DNA of 64,000 nt, from the NCBI GenBank assembly GCA_977016875.1, contig CDRNST010000144.1, forward strand, positions 6,448,001 through 6,512,000, given 5' to 3'. A program made the translations under genes and the position numbers. Positions 35,126-46,367 of the stretch are shown here, piece by piece (position 1 is the stretch's first letter; every line of letters begins with the position of its first letter). The notes under the pieces were generated by a model. The model worked only from the letters and a program-made list of their open reading frames with translations, was not told the origin of the DNA and did not search any database. The stretch comes from Pavona decussata. Its lineage: Eukaryota.

Positions 35126-38100
35126 CAGCTATTTTATATGGAACTGACACAGAGTTATCTTTTATTCATGCTCTACCCCTGACTTGCTAACTGCGTGTTT
35201 ATTTAAGGAAATTGATGCACAGATATATATGCCTTAAATTACATTGTTTACAAAAGCGTTTTATCAGTGTTTACACAAGAATTTAGCCTTGTCGTGTGGC
35301 TTTTAATGTGCGACCGGAAAACTAACCCGCAAAAAAATTGGTCAGTGTCGATACTTTTGGGTCTTTCGGACCGACCAAAAACAGAGATTTGCTCTAGTGC
35401 GGTTTGTTTACGCAAACTTGTCATCGAATCGGCTTACGTGCAACCATCGCGATTTTCGAGTCTTCTTCGGTCTTTCAGGCAGTTCACAGCAGCTTCCTGG
35501 TATCAGCCTTTTTGGTAAGCACTCAGTTCTGTAATTCTGTAATTTTATCTTGGTTTCACTTCATTTAGATCATTTTAGAATATTTCGGATTTATTTTAGA
35601 TCATTTTAGATTCATTTTAGGTCATTTGAGATCATTTTAGGTCATTCCTTGTTTTAGTAACTACGCTCCTGGAGTCGCAAATTGAACTGAATAATCCATA
35701 GATGACAATGTTTGGCTGTTAGAAATTGTCTGCGCATCAATGTCAATAGCATACTTCATTGCATGTCATGTAATGTAAGTCACACTTTTTAAATTCATCT
35801 TTTTCCTTAAACTTGCCTCCGAGTGGGCTTTCATTGTTTGATCCTTAACTGCCATCAGCTCCCTAAAAAGGTCTTGTAGAGCCAGCTTCTGTGGAACCTC
35901 ATCATGTGGAACACTAGAAAAATATCTCATTTTGAGTTCTCCGTAAAAATGATCTATTTCTCTCGATATTTCCTTGGCCGTCTCAGTGTTTACAGAGCTG
36001 GCAGCCATCTTGGTTTAGAGTTTCCAACCTTGTCCCGGGACTATCCGCGTTCAAAATGGCGGCGTGCCCCAGAAAAGCCTCGATTTTGTGATGTTATCAA
36101 AATCGACCAAAAATTCCCAGTATGATGTACTTTTACTTCACGCATATCATACGAATCTACTGATAAACTGTAATAAATTAACCCATGTATATCGAAAACG
36201 GGAGAAGTTGATCTCTTAAACTAATAAACTAAAGATGATGTTAGTACAAGTTTACTATTGGACGGTATTGACAATATTCACAGTAAACCTGGAGCTGGTC
36301 TTCAGACTTGTAACTAAGAGGGCTGTCTTGTTAATGGTACTGTTTTCAACTAAAATCGTAAGTGACATCATAATCTCATGGCTTGTTACGTGTTTTTTGC
36401 ATTTTCGCCGTGAAGCAACAATTTTACAGATACTTTTTGGCGGCCAGATTTTTCCATCTGATGACAAAAATGTTAAGTCACCACTCGGCAAAGAGACTAC
36501 TTGGTGCCTGGATTAATAAGTAAATTTTGGACCCTAACAACACAAAATTATTCCGGGAAAGTCATTAAGTTCTAAATTCTTTGATGTGTTGCTAGTTGTT
36601 GTGCAAAAATTCTAGTGCTTCCCTTCCAGCCCCTTGTGCTACTATAGTCATCAAAATGTTTGTCTTGTAACCTGTTGGTTTTTCAGATAAAACAAATCAA
36701 CAAGTGAGTCCTCAAAATGAGACCACTAAACGAACTGTCTAGGCTACCAAGAGACAGTGAGAAACACTTTAAGAACTTTAAAGGTACATGTTTCTGAACT
36801 TTTGTTGAAATTGTACAATAATATTGTACCTAACTTATGTCAGAAGTTGTATCAGCAATAGATACAACCTTCTTGAAAGCATTTCTCCTTGCCTGGACCA
36901 TTATTAATATTTATATTATCTAAAATTGTTACATGCATGATTTCATATCGTTATTTTGTTCTTTTGAATCTTCCGACATACAGTCCTGGCTCTTGTTCTA
37001 TCCATTGCTATGTTTGGTGGGCTTTCTGTCTGATAAATATCTTCAGCATTTTGTCCATTTCTCAGAGGCAGTTTACATCCTACTTGGTAGTGGAATTATA
37101 GAGTGCAAAGGAACTATTGAACAAACTCTGCAAAGACTTTCAGGCATTGTCTGGTGTGAAGTACATGTAATTATTAGAAATTCATGATTACTAATAGAAG
37201 TCCATTTTGTGAGGTCATCATTTCTATTAGTAGTTAAGTCACTTAAAATTGTTTATATCAAACTAAATTGTTGAGTTAATTGCGACAAAAAATATTTCTT
37301 TAAAAAGGAGATGGGAGCTGTGGCCTTAATGTACATAATGCAGGAGCCCACTTGGTTGATTATGTTGAAGGCTGGGGGCCACTTTGGGCTTTGTCCACAT
37401 TTTGATTTGAAGATATGAATAGAACCCTTATGGATTTTTCTCAAGGCACTGGAAACGTTTGTAGACAAGTAAGCAGCAATAACACTCAAAAAGAATGTGC
37501 CTCGACTAGACTGATAATGTGTATGTTATGGCTTGATGTTATCCTTGATTTTAATTTTATTTTCCTTTGTTTTTTGTTATAGTAAAGTATGATAATGTAA
37601 ATGAGTTTATTGAAACAGAGGTCACTACAATTTAACCCAAGGATAAAATTGAACCACAACATGCAGATACTTTTCAAATAATGAGATGTCGTCAAACTGT
37701 GAAGATTTATGAAAGAGGTCTAATTTACATCCTTCTCATTTGTAGAATGTTTTGAATTTATATCTTGATAACAAAAATAATTGTCATTATTTTCAGTACT
37801 CTCTTACAGCAAGGTCATAGGCATCACAAAGTATGCTATATGAAACAAGGTTTAGGATTTTTTCAAATAAATCATTCTGTTGGCGAACAGATAAGTTGAG
37901 AAATCACTGTGGCTTTCACAGTTGTCTCTTAAGATTCCCAATTCCTTAATTACTTCAGTTGGTCAAAATGGAACAAACCAGGTTTATTTATTTACTTTTA
38001 TCATTTTTTACACATTTTTGAGCTGATATGGATGCTGCATGCACAAAGCTGTCTGCGGAATGATGCAGCTTTAATTGTATTTCAAATAATAGCAACTGAA

Positions 38101-38269
38101 CAGCACCACAATAGCTCTTTTTGCAGTTACCGGTAAGTTACCCGCTGAAGGTAGTATCGCGAACGGGCGCAGAAGCTAGGCAATTTCAATTAAAAACCGT
38201 TAAAAGCACGCATATCCACGCGTATGTGAACAGCAAAATTCAGTTGTGGTTATTTTTACGGCAAATCGT

Positions 38270-38972
38270 TCTATTTCACATGTAAAACAACATCATCTGT
38301 CATGACGTGGAAGTTTTGCTCCATGTTTGGCCATGGAGAAAAGACATCAAAAGCATAAGCCAAATTTCATCAAATCACATGATTTGTTCTGTTCATTTCC
38401 AAGGAGGAGTAGGACATTGTAAGGCATATCCAGTTCCAACCATCTATAATGTTCCCGCGATTGCGCTTCACTTCCAACACAAATACAACAAAGCGTAAAG
38501 CGCCAATTGAAGTGAAACAGAAGTGCTACGAAACAGTCTCGAGAGTGACCAGCACCACCATGAACAATGAGCGCGAACAATTTCTACATTTGGAACCTCT
38601 GGCAGTAGGAAATGGAGATGAGCACAGCGTAACATACTTTCTTGTCCATGATCTTGCCTCAGCTGTAAAGCAAGATCATAACCATTCATCCGTAAATTGT
38701 TAAGTGTGAACCCAAACTTTTCTGAGCTCAGACAATCTTGACGAACAAAACCAAGAGATGAAGCACTTCACAGCTAAAATGGAAGGCAAAGAAAAATCTT
38801 TGGAGAGAGTTATTAATCAGTCAAGCGACCAAGGATAACTCTGCGGTGAAATTTTCCACTGGAATACCCTTCCTAGCGTTACTAATGGCTATTTTTAGTA
38901 TTCTGAAACCTGCAGCGGAAAAAAATGAAGTATTGGGTGAAAGGAGAAAGTAACCAAGCGGGAAAATACATG
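38270..38972 (+). pseudogene. THAP-domain transposase fragment (ISL2EU/Harbinger-like N-terminus)
   Basis: ICSVHF..PVPTI (THAP C-terminal half), KRK motif, coiled coil, VKFSTG (FYTG-like) ..MKYW, donor near 38972. Confidence 0.55.
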
Positions 38973-39049
38973 GTGAGATTTTTTTCATTGCTGTATTCCA
39001 AAGTTTGTTTTAAATAGTCACTAAATTATTGATTTATAAGGAAGTATTT

Positions 39050-39462
39050 AAGTCGCCACTTACACCAACACTGAGGTGAATAATTGTTTGAGTATATACC
39101 ACACACGTTGAATAACTAGTGCCCAAAAAATTCCTTTATTTTTGGCAGTATACCAAAAAATGGTGGGAACTTTTAAAATAACGCGTGCCGCACAGTAAGC
39201 GATTTCTTGTTGTAGAAAGTTCTGTCTCGCTTTCTTGCGAACAATTACAACTTTTTGAGGCACTTGTTTAGTTGCTGCGGTGTCATTTCTTCAATAGTCT
39301 TGTTTTTGAAACCATGCTGCAAAACATTAAATGTTTCATTAAAATTTTCTTGCCATTTTTGTATTTTTTGTAACAGCTGCCTCGTTTATCTAAATAAATT
39401 TATCTTTAGTGACCGTGGCAAAACGGAAAGCCATCTTGTTTCTCTTCGGTTGCCTGGAGGTG

Positions 39463-39494
<32 letters not shown>

Positions 39495-39542
39495 TAATAA
39501 GCATGCGCGAAAGGCACTATTCACTTGTGTGGTATATACTTA
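39050..39542. mobile_element. Small non-autonomous element with AGTATATACCAC inverted repeats (possibly Crypton-derived)
   Basis: AGTATATACCACACA..TGAATA (39109) versus TATTCACTTGTGTGGTATATACT (39518-39540); family label is from recall only. Confidence 0.45.
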
Positions 39543-39717
39543 TAAAAAATAACATCACGTAATATAATACCATAAGAAACAAAGAAAATTGGGTAACTAG
39601 TAGAAAACATTGAAAAAATGACAATGGTAACAAAGGTACTGAAATTACTAAATGTAGTATGGTAGACTAATAAGGTGGTGAAGCAAATGCCATTTTTAGA
39701 TCTAATTCACGTTTTTT

Positions 39718-39862
39718 GTTTAGGCCGTGAGGGTTGAATGTGTAACAACTTGTATATTACTTGGTATTATCATCAGTTGTGAAAACAAGTTTAGGCCGTG
39801 AGGGTTGAATGTGTAACAACTTATAAATTACTCGGTATTATTATCAGTGTGAAAACAAGTTT
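39718..39862 (+). repeat. ~72-bp tandem duplication of a LINE RT scrap
   Basis: TTTAGGCCGTGAGGGTTGAATGTGTAACAACTT twice; translates VECVTTYKLLGIIIS. Confidence 0.75.
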
Positions 39863-41226
39863 AAATAATTATCGTCCCATTTCTATTCTCAATATTCAAC
39901 AAACTGTTAGAAAAGTTAGTGTACAACTGAATGACTCCCTTGAAAAATCACAGGCCACGTGCAATATTAAACTATCTTAAAGGTCAATGGACTTTCGCGG
40001 GAAAAAAACACAGACACTGCACACATGTAAACCAAATGAAAACGAGAGGGACGCACTGTTAAAAACAGCCAGCAGCCACAAGAAACTTCACATAGCTTTC
40101 TTTGACAAAAACAAAGTTTGACAAATTATGCATGGCTGGCAAATATATGATCGATTGACCAATCGAGAGAAATCGAGACACATTCTGCCCCCTCAATTGC
40201 CCACTGACGCTATAATGCAGCCTAAATAAATGCAAAACACATTACTTTGACTAACAACAGTACCTGCTGAGAGAGATTTCCGTCGCTTTTCCGTCCTTGT
40301 TAAGCAGACATGAACACAACTGTTCCTCTTGCTTCTGGGATGGGTGGGAAAGGCACTTCTTTGCTCAGTCCTAGATCGCAGACCGCTTCATGGAAGTGAG
40401 ATTTTACCTATGAAATGCAGAATTTCTGCTTCTCCGACACTAAATCGGATATCCTCGGAGCCCGTCCACACAACATCGGCAAGAAAGGAAGGGCCAAAGA
40501 AAGAACCGAATAAATTGCCTCCGACAAAGAATGGTAGCCATGACAAAACCTAACGCGGCATCAACTGGAGGCGGATAACACTTCAAATTCTGGTGTATTT
40601 TGGCTTCTAATTCATGCTCACCTGAACATTTCTCCAAATAAACCACAGAAATTAAAAGTTGATACATTGACGAATGACATGTCTAAATTTCAGCTGTACT
40701 TGTCGCTTTTCTGCAGAAGGTGAGGATTTTCTAATTTAGAGCAAGCCGAGGTTTAAATTTTCGCTGTCGTAACGGACTTAAAATCGGTTTTACTATATTT
40801 TGGTTCAACCTATTGTCTCAGTAGAATCACATTTTATATTCCTTTAAATTTGCGATTTAGAAATTAATTAAAACAGTGTTCAATTGCAAATTTAAATTTA
40901 GTGAATTTTTTTCCAAAATCATATCTCCCATGATACTGCCCCTCTCTAGGCTCCCTATTATTACACTCACTCTTATTAAATAAGCAAATAAATAAAAGGA
41001 TATTGCCGTGTGATTTAAAGGAATGAATCATTGCTTTGCGGGCTTCATAATAGCGCTGCAGCCAAATGACGTCACTGAAAATTGGACCCCCCGCGAGACT
41101 CAGACAAACAAACCGATAACTTTGCAGAGCTTGTCTCAGTATTTCATCTCTGTTTGGACTAATTTTGTACTTTTCGCTTGTTTTATCGGAAGTAAAACTC
41201 CGGCAAATAAGCGCAAAGGAGAGAAG

Positions 41227-42736
41227 ATGGTGAATACTAAGCACTGTTGCTGGGGAAAGTGTACAAATGATTCAAGATATCAAGAGAAGCTACCGAAACC
41301 ACTGCAAGAAATGTTCCCAAAGCCGTCACAGGGAATCAAAAAATGCCAACGCTGGATTGAAGCATGCTCAAGGAATTACTTTGATGTATCGAAGACAACG
41401 GGAAACACATGTATTTGTGCAGTTCATTGGCGTGGAGGGAAAGGACCTACACTTCAGCAGCCGGATCGGATCTAGCGGTGAAAGCGATCTTCTCGCAACA
41501 AGAAATCATCCAAGCTTCGGCGAGCAAGAGGAAGGCACCGAAGGCACCTAAATCGAGGCCTTTTGTTGCTGCGAAAAGAAAAAGGTACTCTCTAGATCAG
41601 ACTGAATATTCGATTGTTTCTTCCAATTCTGATATTGAGCTTGATTACGGACTGCAGGAATATGAATGTTGTTTTTCTGTGACAGACAAATCAACTCAAG
41701 CTGAGTACTCGAAGTACATGCTCTCGAAACCATGCTATTTAGAAACGAAGCTATGGCTGGAAAGTCAAGAAATTTCTCAAGCTTAATTACCAGTTTATCG
41801 TATGAAAACACTTGTAAAGATTCTTCTTCCATAAAATATTTGACTGGGCTTAGTACTGAGCAATTTGATGCATTACATTCGTTCCTGGACAGTATTTGCC
41901 CACTTGATGACATTGCTGCCTACAGAGGGAAAAACACAACAGGAGTCTGCAGAGACAAAAGAGGATGGAATGATAAATTGACTAAACGCGAGAAGCTCTT
42001 TATTTGTCTCGTACGGTTGAGACGGGGTTTTACCTTAAAAACTTTGTCTATTCTTTTAGGTTCGCCAACAAAATCTTTTGAGCAAACAATTATAAGGAGA
42101 ATTTTTACAACCTTCATACAGTTAATGTACAAAGTATTCAGAGAAATGGAGACAGTCATGTTTCCATCCAGGGCTATTATGTTGAGATACCTACCAAGGG
42201 TATTCAAGACCATCAAAAAGATTTGATGCATCGTTGATTGCACTGAGTTTTCAGTGAAAACATCACAAAAATTCGCAAGACAAGGGAACACATATATTCT
42301 GCCTATAAGCACACACACTTTTAAGTGTTTAATTGCAATCACCCCAAATGGGGGTGCCTGCTTTGTTTCAGATCTTTACGAAGGGGACATTGATGATGTT
42401 CAGCTTTTTAAAAAATGTGGCATCTTGAAGCACATCAATCCTGGTGATATTGTCATGGCCAATTGTCGTTTTACAGTCCAACATTTATTGAACCCTCTAC
42501 ATGCACAACTGAAAATTCCATCATTTCTCAAAGGAAGGGCAAATGTCAGTGCTGCAGAGGAAATTGAAACAAGAAAGATCGCAAAGGTGCAAATTCATGT
42601 AGAGGGATTTAATGAACGCCTTAAGCAGTTTCGTCTCATCGGGTGAAAAATACCGCTATTACTTGCTCCCATACCAACTCGGATGGTAGTGGTTGCTAGT
42701 GAGCTTGTAAATTTCCAGAGTGTCTTATGTAAGTGA
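41227..42736 (+). pseudogene. THAP-HTH-DDE transposase
   Basis: HCCWGKC..FPKP..RWIEAC..CICAVHW (THAP); YLTGL; KLFICLVRLRRG; IVDCTEF; [13 protein letters not shown]; VSDLYEG.IDD; IHVE; frameshifts and stops. Confidence 0.9.
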
Positions 42737-42938
42737 CTCAAAAGCAAGACAGCCCCTTGATATTTACGTTAGAAACCATTCATTTTTGCGCCACCAGTTT
42801 TTTTGTAAATTGCTTACAAGAAGGCATGCAAAATTCCAGTGGATAATTACCACCTCAAAATAGCTCATGTATGCCTTGAGTACCTATGAGTTTGTGATGA
42901 ATGGGGGAATAATGTGTTATGCTGCATTTTGTAACAAA

Positions 42939-43173
42939 AGGTGGTTGAGGAACAATTATAATTAACTGAAGAATGAAATTCTGAGAATTGCAGTAAATTT
43001 GGTGACTAAGGTATTAACAAATTTTTTGGATCATCAACATTTTAAAATATTAACACAATTATTGCATTAATAAATAAAAATGTTGATGATCCAACTAATA
43101 TCTCATTCACAAAATTAACTGCAATTCTCAGAGCTTCATTCTTCAGGTAATAAATATTGTTCCAACACCACCT
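42939..43173. mobile_element. Near-palindromic MITE with AGGTGG..CCACCT ends (Kolobok-like)
   Basis: Arms 42939-~43042 and ~43079-43173 are reverse complements. Confidence 0.7.
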
Positions 43174-44214
43174 TTAGTTAAGTACCAAAAGAGAAATATG
43201 GAAACTGGGAACTGAGAGTTACTTTTGAAAAAATCATACAACTACCACTTGCATGATTTTAAGTTACTACTTATGTTGGAAGTATCTCTTGTGGAAGAAG
43301 TTGTTTGGTTGTGAAATATTTTGGAGTTATGTATTCCTAGGTATTTAATCCTTTCAGACCCAATCTATCAGAAACAACATTTTCCTTGTACACCATAGAA
43401 CAAATAATATTATTTGGTGGTAAGAATCTAGATGGGCTTTCTAAAAGATTATGAGATGGTCATAAGAGAGAACTTATCCTTGCGATTTCACAAAATAATT
43501 CTCTTAACTCTCAACTACCAGAAATATATGGAGAACAGTGCATTCTGCTACCGGGGGGAATAAAAGTGACAGGGCTGACCGTTGGAAATTTTGAAAAAAA
43601 ACCCTAAAAGGTACCAGAATTCTGTTTTGTGGTCGTGGCTCAACAATTTTTTATCCCCAAGAGGTAACAACTCTAAGGCAATACACTAACTGACACTTTG
43701 ACAATTTTTAATTTTTTTTAGCTCAATACCCAAAAAGGTACCACCTTACCTCTGACAATAGTCATAATTTTAGATTTTAGCACCCTAGTCTGGGGTACCA
43801 AACCACGAATTTTAACCCCTAAATTGTACGACGAGCACCCACATCACTTTTGTATTCTGTGTAAAAAAGTTTTTCTTCCAGGAAATTTGGGTTTTTGTGT
43901 ATCACTAAGTTTCCATATAATAAGTAATAACTATGATTGTTAGGAAACTTTGGTATTAATATTTTAAAATCATCATTAATTCATATGCTAAGATGAAGTT
44001 CTGAATAGAAGTGGACATTTCATAAGCATAATATTGTTGCTGTTATCTAGCAGTGGTTGCCCACTAGGGGTGTGGAACAAAGTGTTTTCTTTCCCTGGCA
44101 TGCACTGTAGGCGGGGGGAGGGGGAAAGGGTCCTAATTCTGATTTTGTAAGCTTGGGAGGTATGCCACTGAGGAGAATGTGCATGTTTATCCTGGGGGAC
44201 TTAAGGGTATTCAA

Positions 44215-44900
44215 TCAGTATTTACTGTAATACCCTGAAGCTTTATGACCATGGTTTTCAGCATGATCTAAAACAAATAGCAAAACAGCAACAAGTCCAA
44301 CAATGTCGCTACAATGGCCCAGGGCAGAAACTTTACACGGTTCACAGGAAGCGTGGATCACTGCGCTGCTCAAGTTTGATAAAACAACTGATACGTTGTG
44401 TGGGAGCTTCGCTCTCATTGAAGGTCACACATGCCCATAACGTCATGAACGAATCCAGAGTCTACATATTTCCGAGCACTTTTTAGTGGTTTGTCAGTCA
44501 AGTGACCGAGATCACAATTTCCATCTTTGTCGTAATCTCTAACTAAACTCTCTATAGATTCCAAAGTATAATGATGTACATGTCCGTAGTTGAAATAGGA
44601 CGGTATCTCCAACTGAAAATTATTCCAGTCAGGCGGTAATGCAGCTACAGGAATATCTTCAATGCATTTTCGTTTGCCTTTGGACATCTGCGCTACTGAG
44701 TTTTCTCTTAGATCCTTAGCAGCATACCATTTCCTGCCGTCTATACGAACGTCCAACAAATGATGATTTCCTGAATTTACACAACCTTGGACTCGCTCAA
44801 CAATATCCCGCTGCTTGCCACTTTGCTTGAGTCCTATGCATTTCAACAAACCCTTTAGTTGTTCTACAGAATATTCAGAGGGATCATGCTAACCCATACT
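44215..44900 (-). pseudogene. SAP + SWIM zinc-finger protein (N-terminus of the second ISL2EU gene; exonuclease part missing)
   Basis: LKGLLKCIGLKQSGKQRDIVERV (SAP); ASCEPCKVSALGHCSD (SWIM CxxC..CxH, His decayed). Confidence 0.7.
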
Positions 44901-46367
44901 CAAAACGCGAACCCAGAACGTCGTCAATTTTCGTTAGAGTTATTAAAACAAGCAAAAAAGTGCTTATTTTGGAAGGCATTCTACACAAATGGTAGCGAGG
45001 GAATGTTTATTTGTCTGAGTCTCGCGGGGGGGTCTAACTGACTGAAATCTATTTTTAGTAATTGGCCGCAGCGCTATTATTTAACATTTTTAATATTTTG
45101 TCATTTTTTTATGCAGTGCACATTATGTGACATAGGCCATCTGTAAAAAGAACTTTTCTTTTTCTTATTCTTATCACTCTCTGTTAGACAACCGGTTGGA
45201 ATTTGCCCCTTCATTGATTTGCAGGCCTTTTATTAATTATCACCTGGCGTTTGAAAACACGGGTTGAAAGCTGCCCCTTGTGTGTTCTCCTTCAACCCAA
45301 TTATCAACCATTAGTTAACAAGGAAACAACATGTTTTTGCGCCGCGATCTGCGGCCCCTTTCCGGGGTCATTGCCTGCAGTAGGAATCATTGCACTGTTA
45401 ACCTTTTGGTTTCATTAATTTCGTATGAGTGAAAACGTTTCGCGTTTTAAGTATCAGGACGTTTGTAATCCATACAATAAACACCTTATCTGACTGACAC
45501 CTCACTTGTATGCTGCGAATGGGTGGTTGCGTTGCCGCACTACACTTGGAGTTTTGGCTGTCAGAAACGGCCCTTCTTTGAGTCATATGCAAATAGCCGG
45601 AAATCACACTTCACAGATTGCACTTTGTACTGTCCAGTGCACTGTTCTTGTTTCAGTCTATCAGTACCGTGCCTCTTCTTCCAACATGGACCAATCAGAG
45701 AACTCCTTTAAGTGATGCCATTTGAATGAAAATCTTCACTTCCTTGCTTTGAATTTGGACTTTGGCCTATCATCATTAGAAGTAACTTGGTAAGATAGTT
45801 TTTTTTTTCATTTACTTGCAACCAGCACAAGGCCAGGAAAAATTCAAGCGATGTTGAGCGGGTTCATTTCAAAAAGCTGTCTTCTGATATGCATGCATAT
45901 TTTTTTTGCTTTTTCTTGGCCGCAGGATGTAAAAGTACCAAGCACTTCAGATGCAAACGAAAAGGCCAAGCCTTGCAATACACTGGTGAGTACCGCATGT
46001 AGTGCGCAATCACAGCAAAATTTCTAATGAAAAACTGATCATGTGCTTGCACACAGGAATTCAGTTATTCAAAACTGTGTTTTCCTCAGCTAAGATACTA
46101 ATGTGCAATGTGGCTTTTCTCTCTCGGCAGAGATTTATTTGTACAAGCTAGTTTGAACAATCTCGATACAAGGCAAAGCCTGGCAGCTCGCTTGTTACCA
46201 AGAAATCGGTGAGTTTTTTTCCATTCTTGATAATGATTAGTGTTAGATACATCAAAACTTTGAATTAGGTTACTCTCAACAACAAATTATGAGTGCTTTT
46301 CTCTTCGCAGATCTATTTCTAAAAGTTTGATCTCGACTCAAGGCAAAGGCACCTTTACGACTGTTAA

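Larger units (their letters stand above)
34680..35665. mobile_element. MULE/Foldback-type MITE with a 9-bp TSD
   Basis: TSD CTCCTGGAG (34671-34679 and 35666-35674); TIR CGTAGTTA.TAAAACAAGGAATGACCTAAAA followed by 10-bp TGA(C/T)CTAAAA arrays at both ends. Confidence 0.92.
34359..36008 (-). pseudogene. Unknown partner gene (~218 codons once the MITE is removed), convergent with the transposase
   Basis: ORFs 35766-36008 (strong GATGGC start context) and 34359-34643 flank a MITE with a clean TSD; Cys cluster TCTS..TCTGC; C-terminal HYGVWNN..PQ. Confidence 0.6.
30304..36124. mobile_element. Unclassified CAC-ended DNA transposon (CMC/Transib-related) with two convergent genes
   Basis: Left TIR CACTCTGGGGATTTTTGGTCGATTTTTGA; right TIR reverse-complemented CATACTGGGAATTTTTGGTCGATTTTGA; AT on both sides; lies between two consecutive EnSpm exons. 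Confidence 0.85.
29465..37468 (+). pseudogene. EnSpm/CACTA transposase pseudogene, multi-exon, with a 5.8-kb insertion in one intron
   Basis: DLQRKAYILNMKQHNGASGCVTC (~29540-29610); PDYMHGCLLG (~30140); LSRLPR..KNFK (~36740); QSWLLFY..YLQHF (~36980); NVHN..HL..V..WGPLW..S.F.FE (37308-37468). Confidence 0.85.
41052..45075. mobile_element. ISL2EU-like (PIF/Harbinger-related) DNA transposon with two convergent genes, internally deleted
   Basis: Bipartite TIR AGCGCTGC(A/G)GCCAA plus GACCCCCCGCGAGACTCAGACAAA.AAAC at both ends; AT flanks. Confidence 0.85.

Noticed and set aside
34359-36008. RAG2 homolog
   Set aside because: Too short, with no kelch GG repeats or PHD pattern visible.
40262-40560. 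Minus-strand first exon of a host gene
   Set aside because: GC-richer with a donor-like site, but no consistent open frame or recognisable motif.
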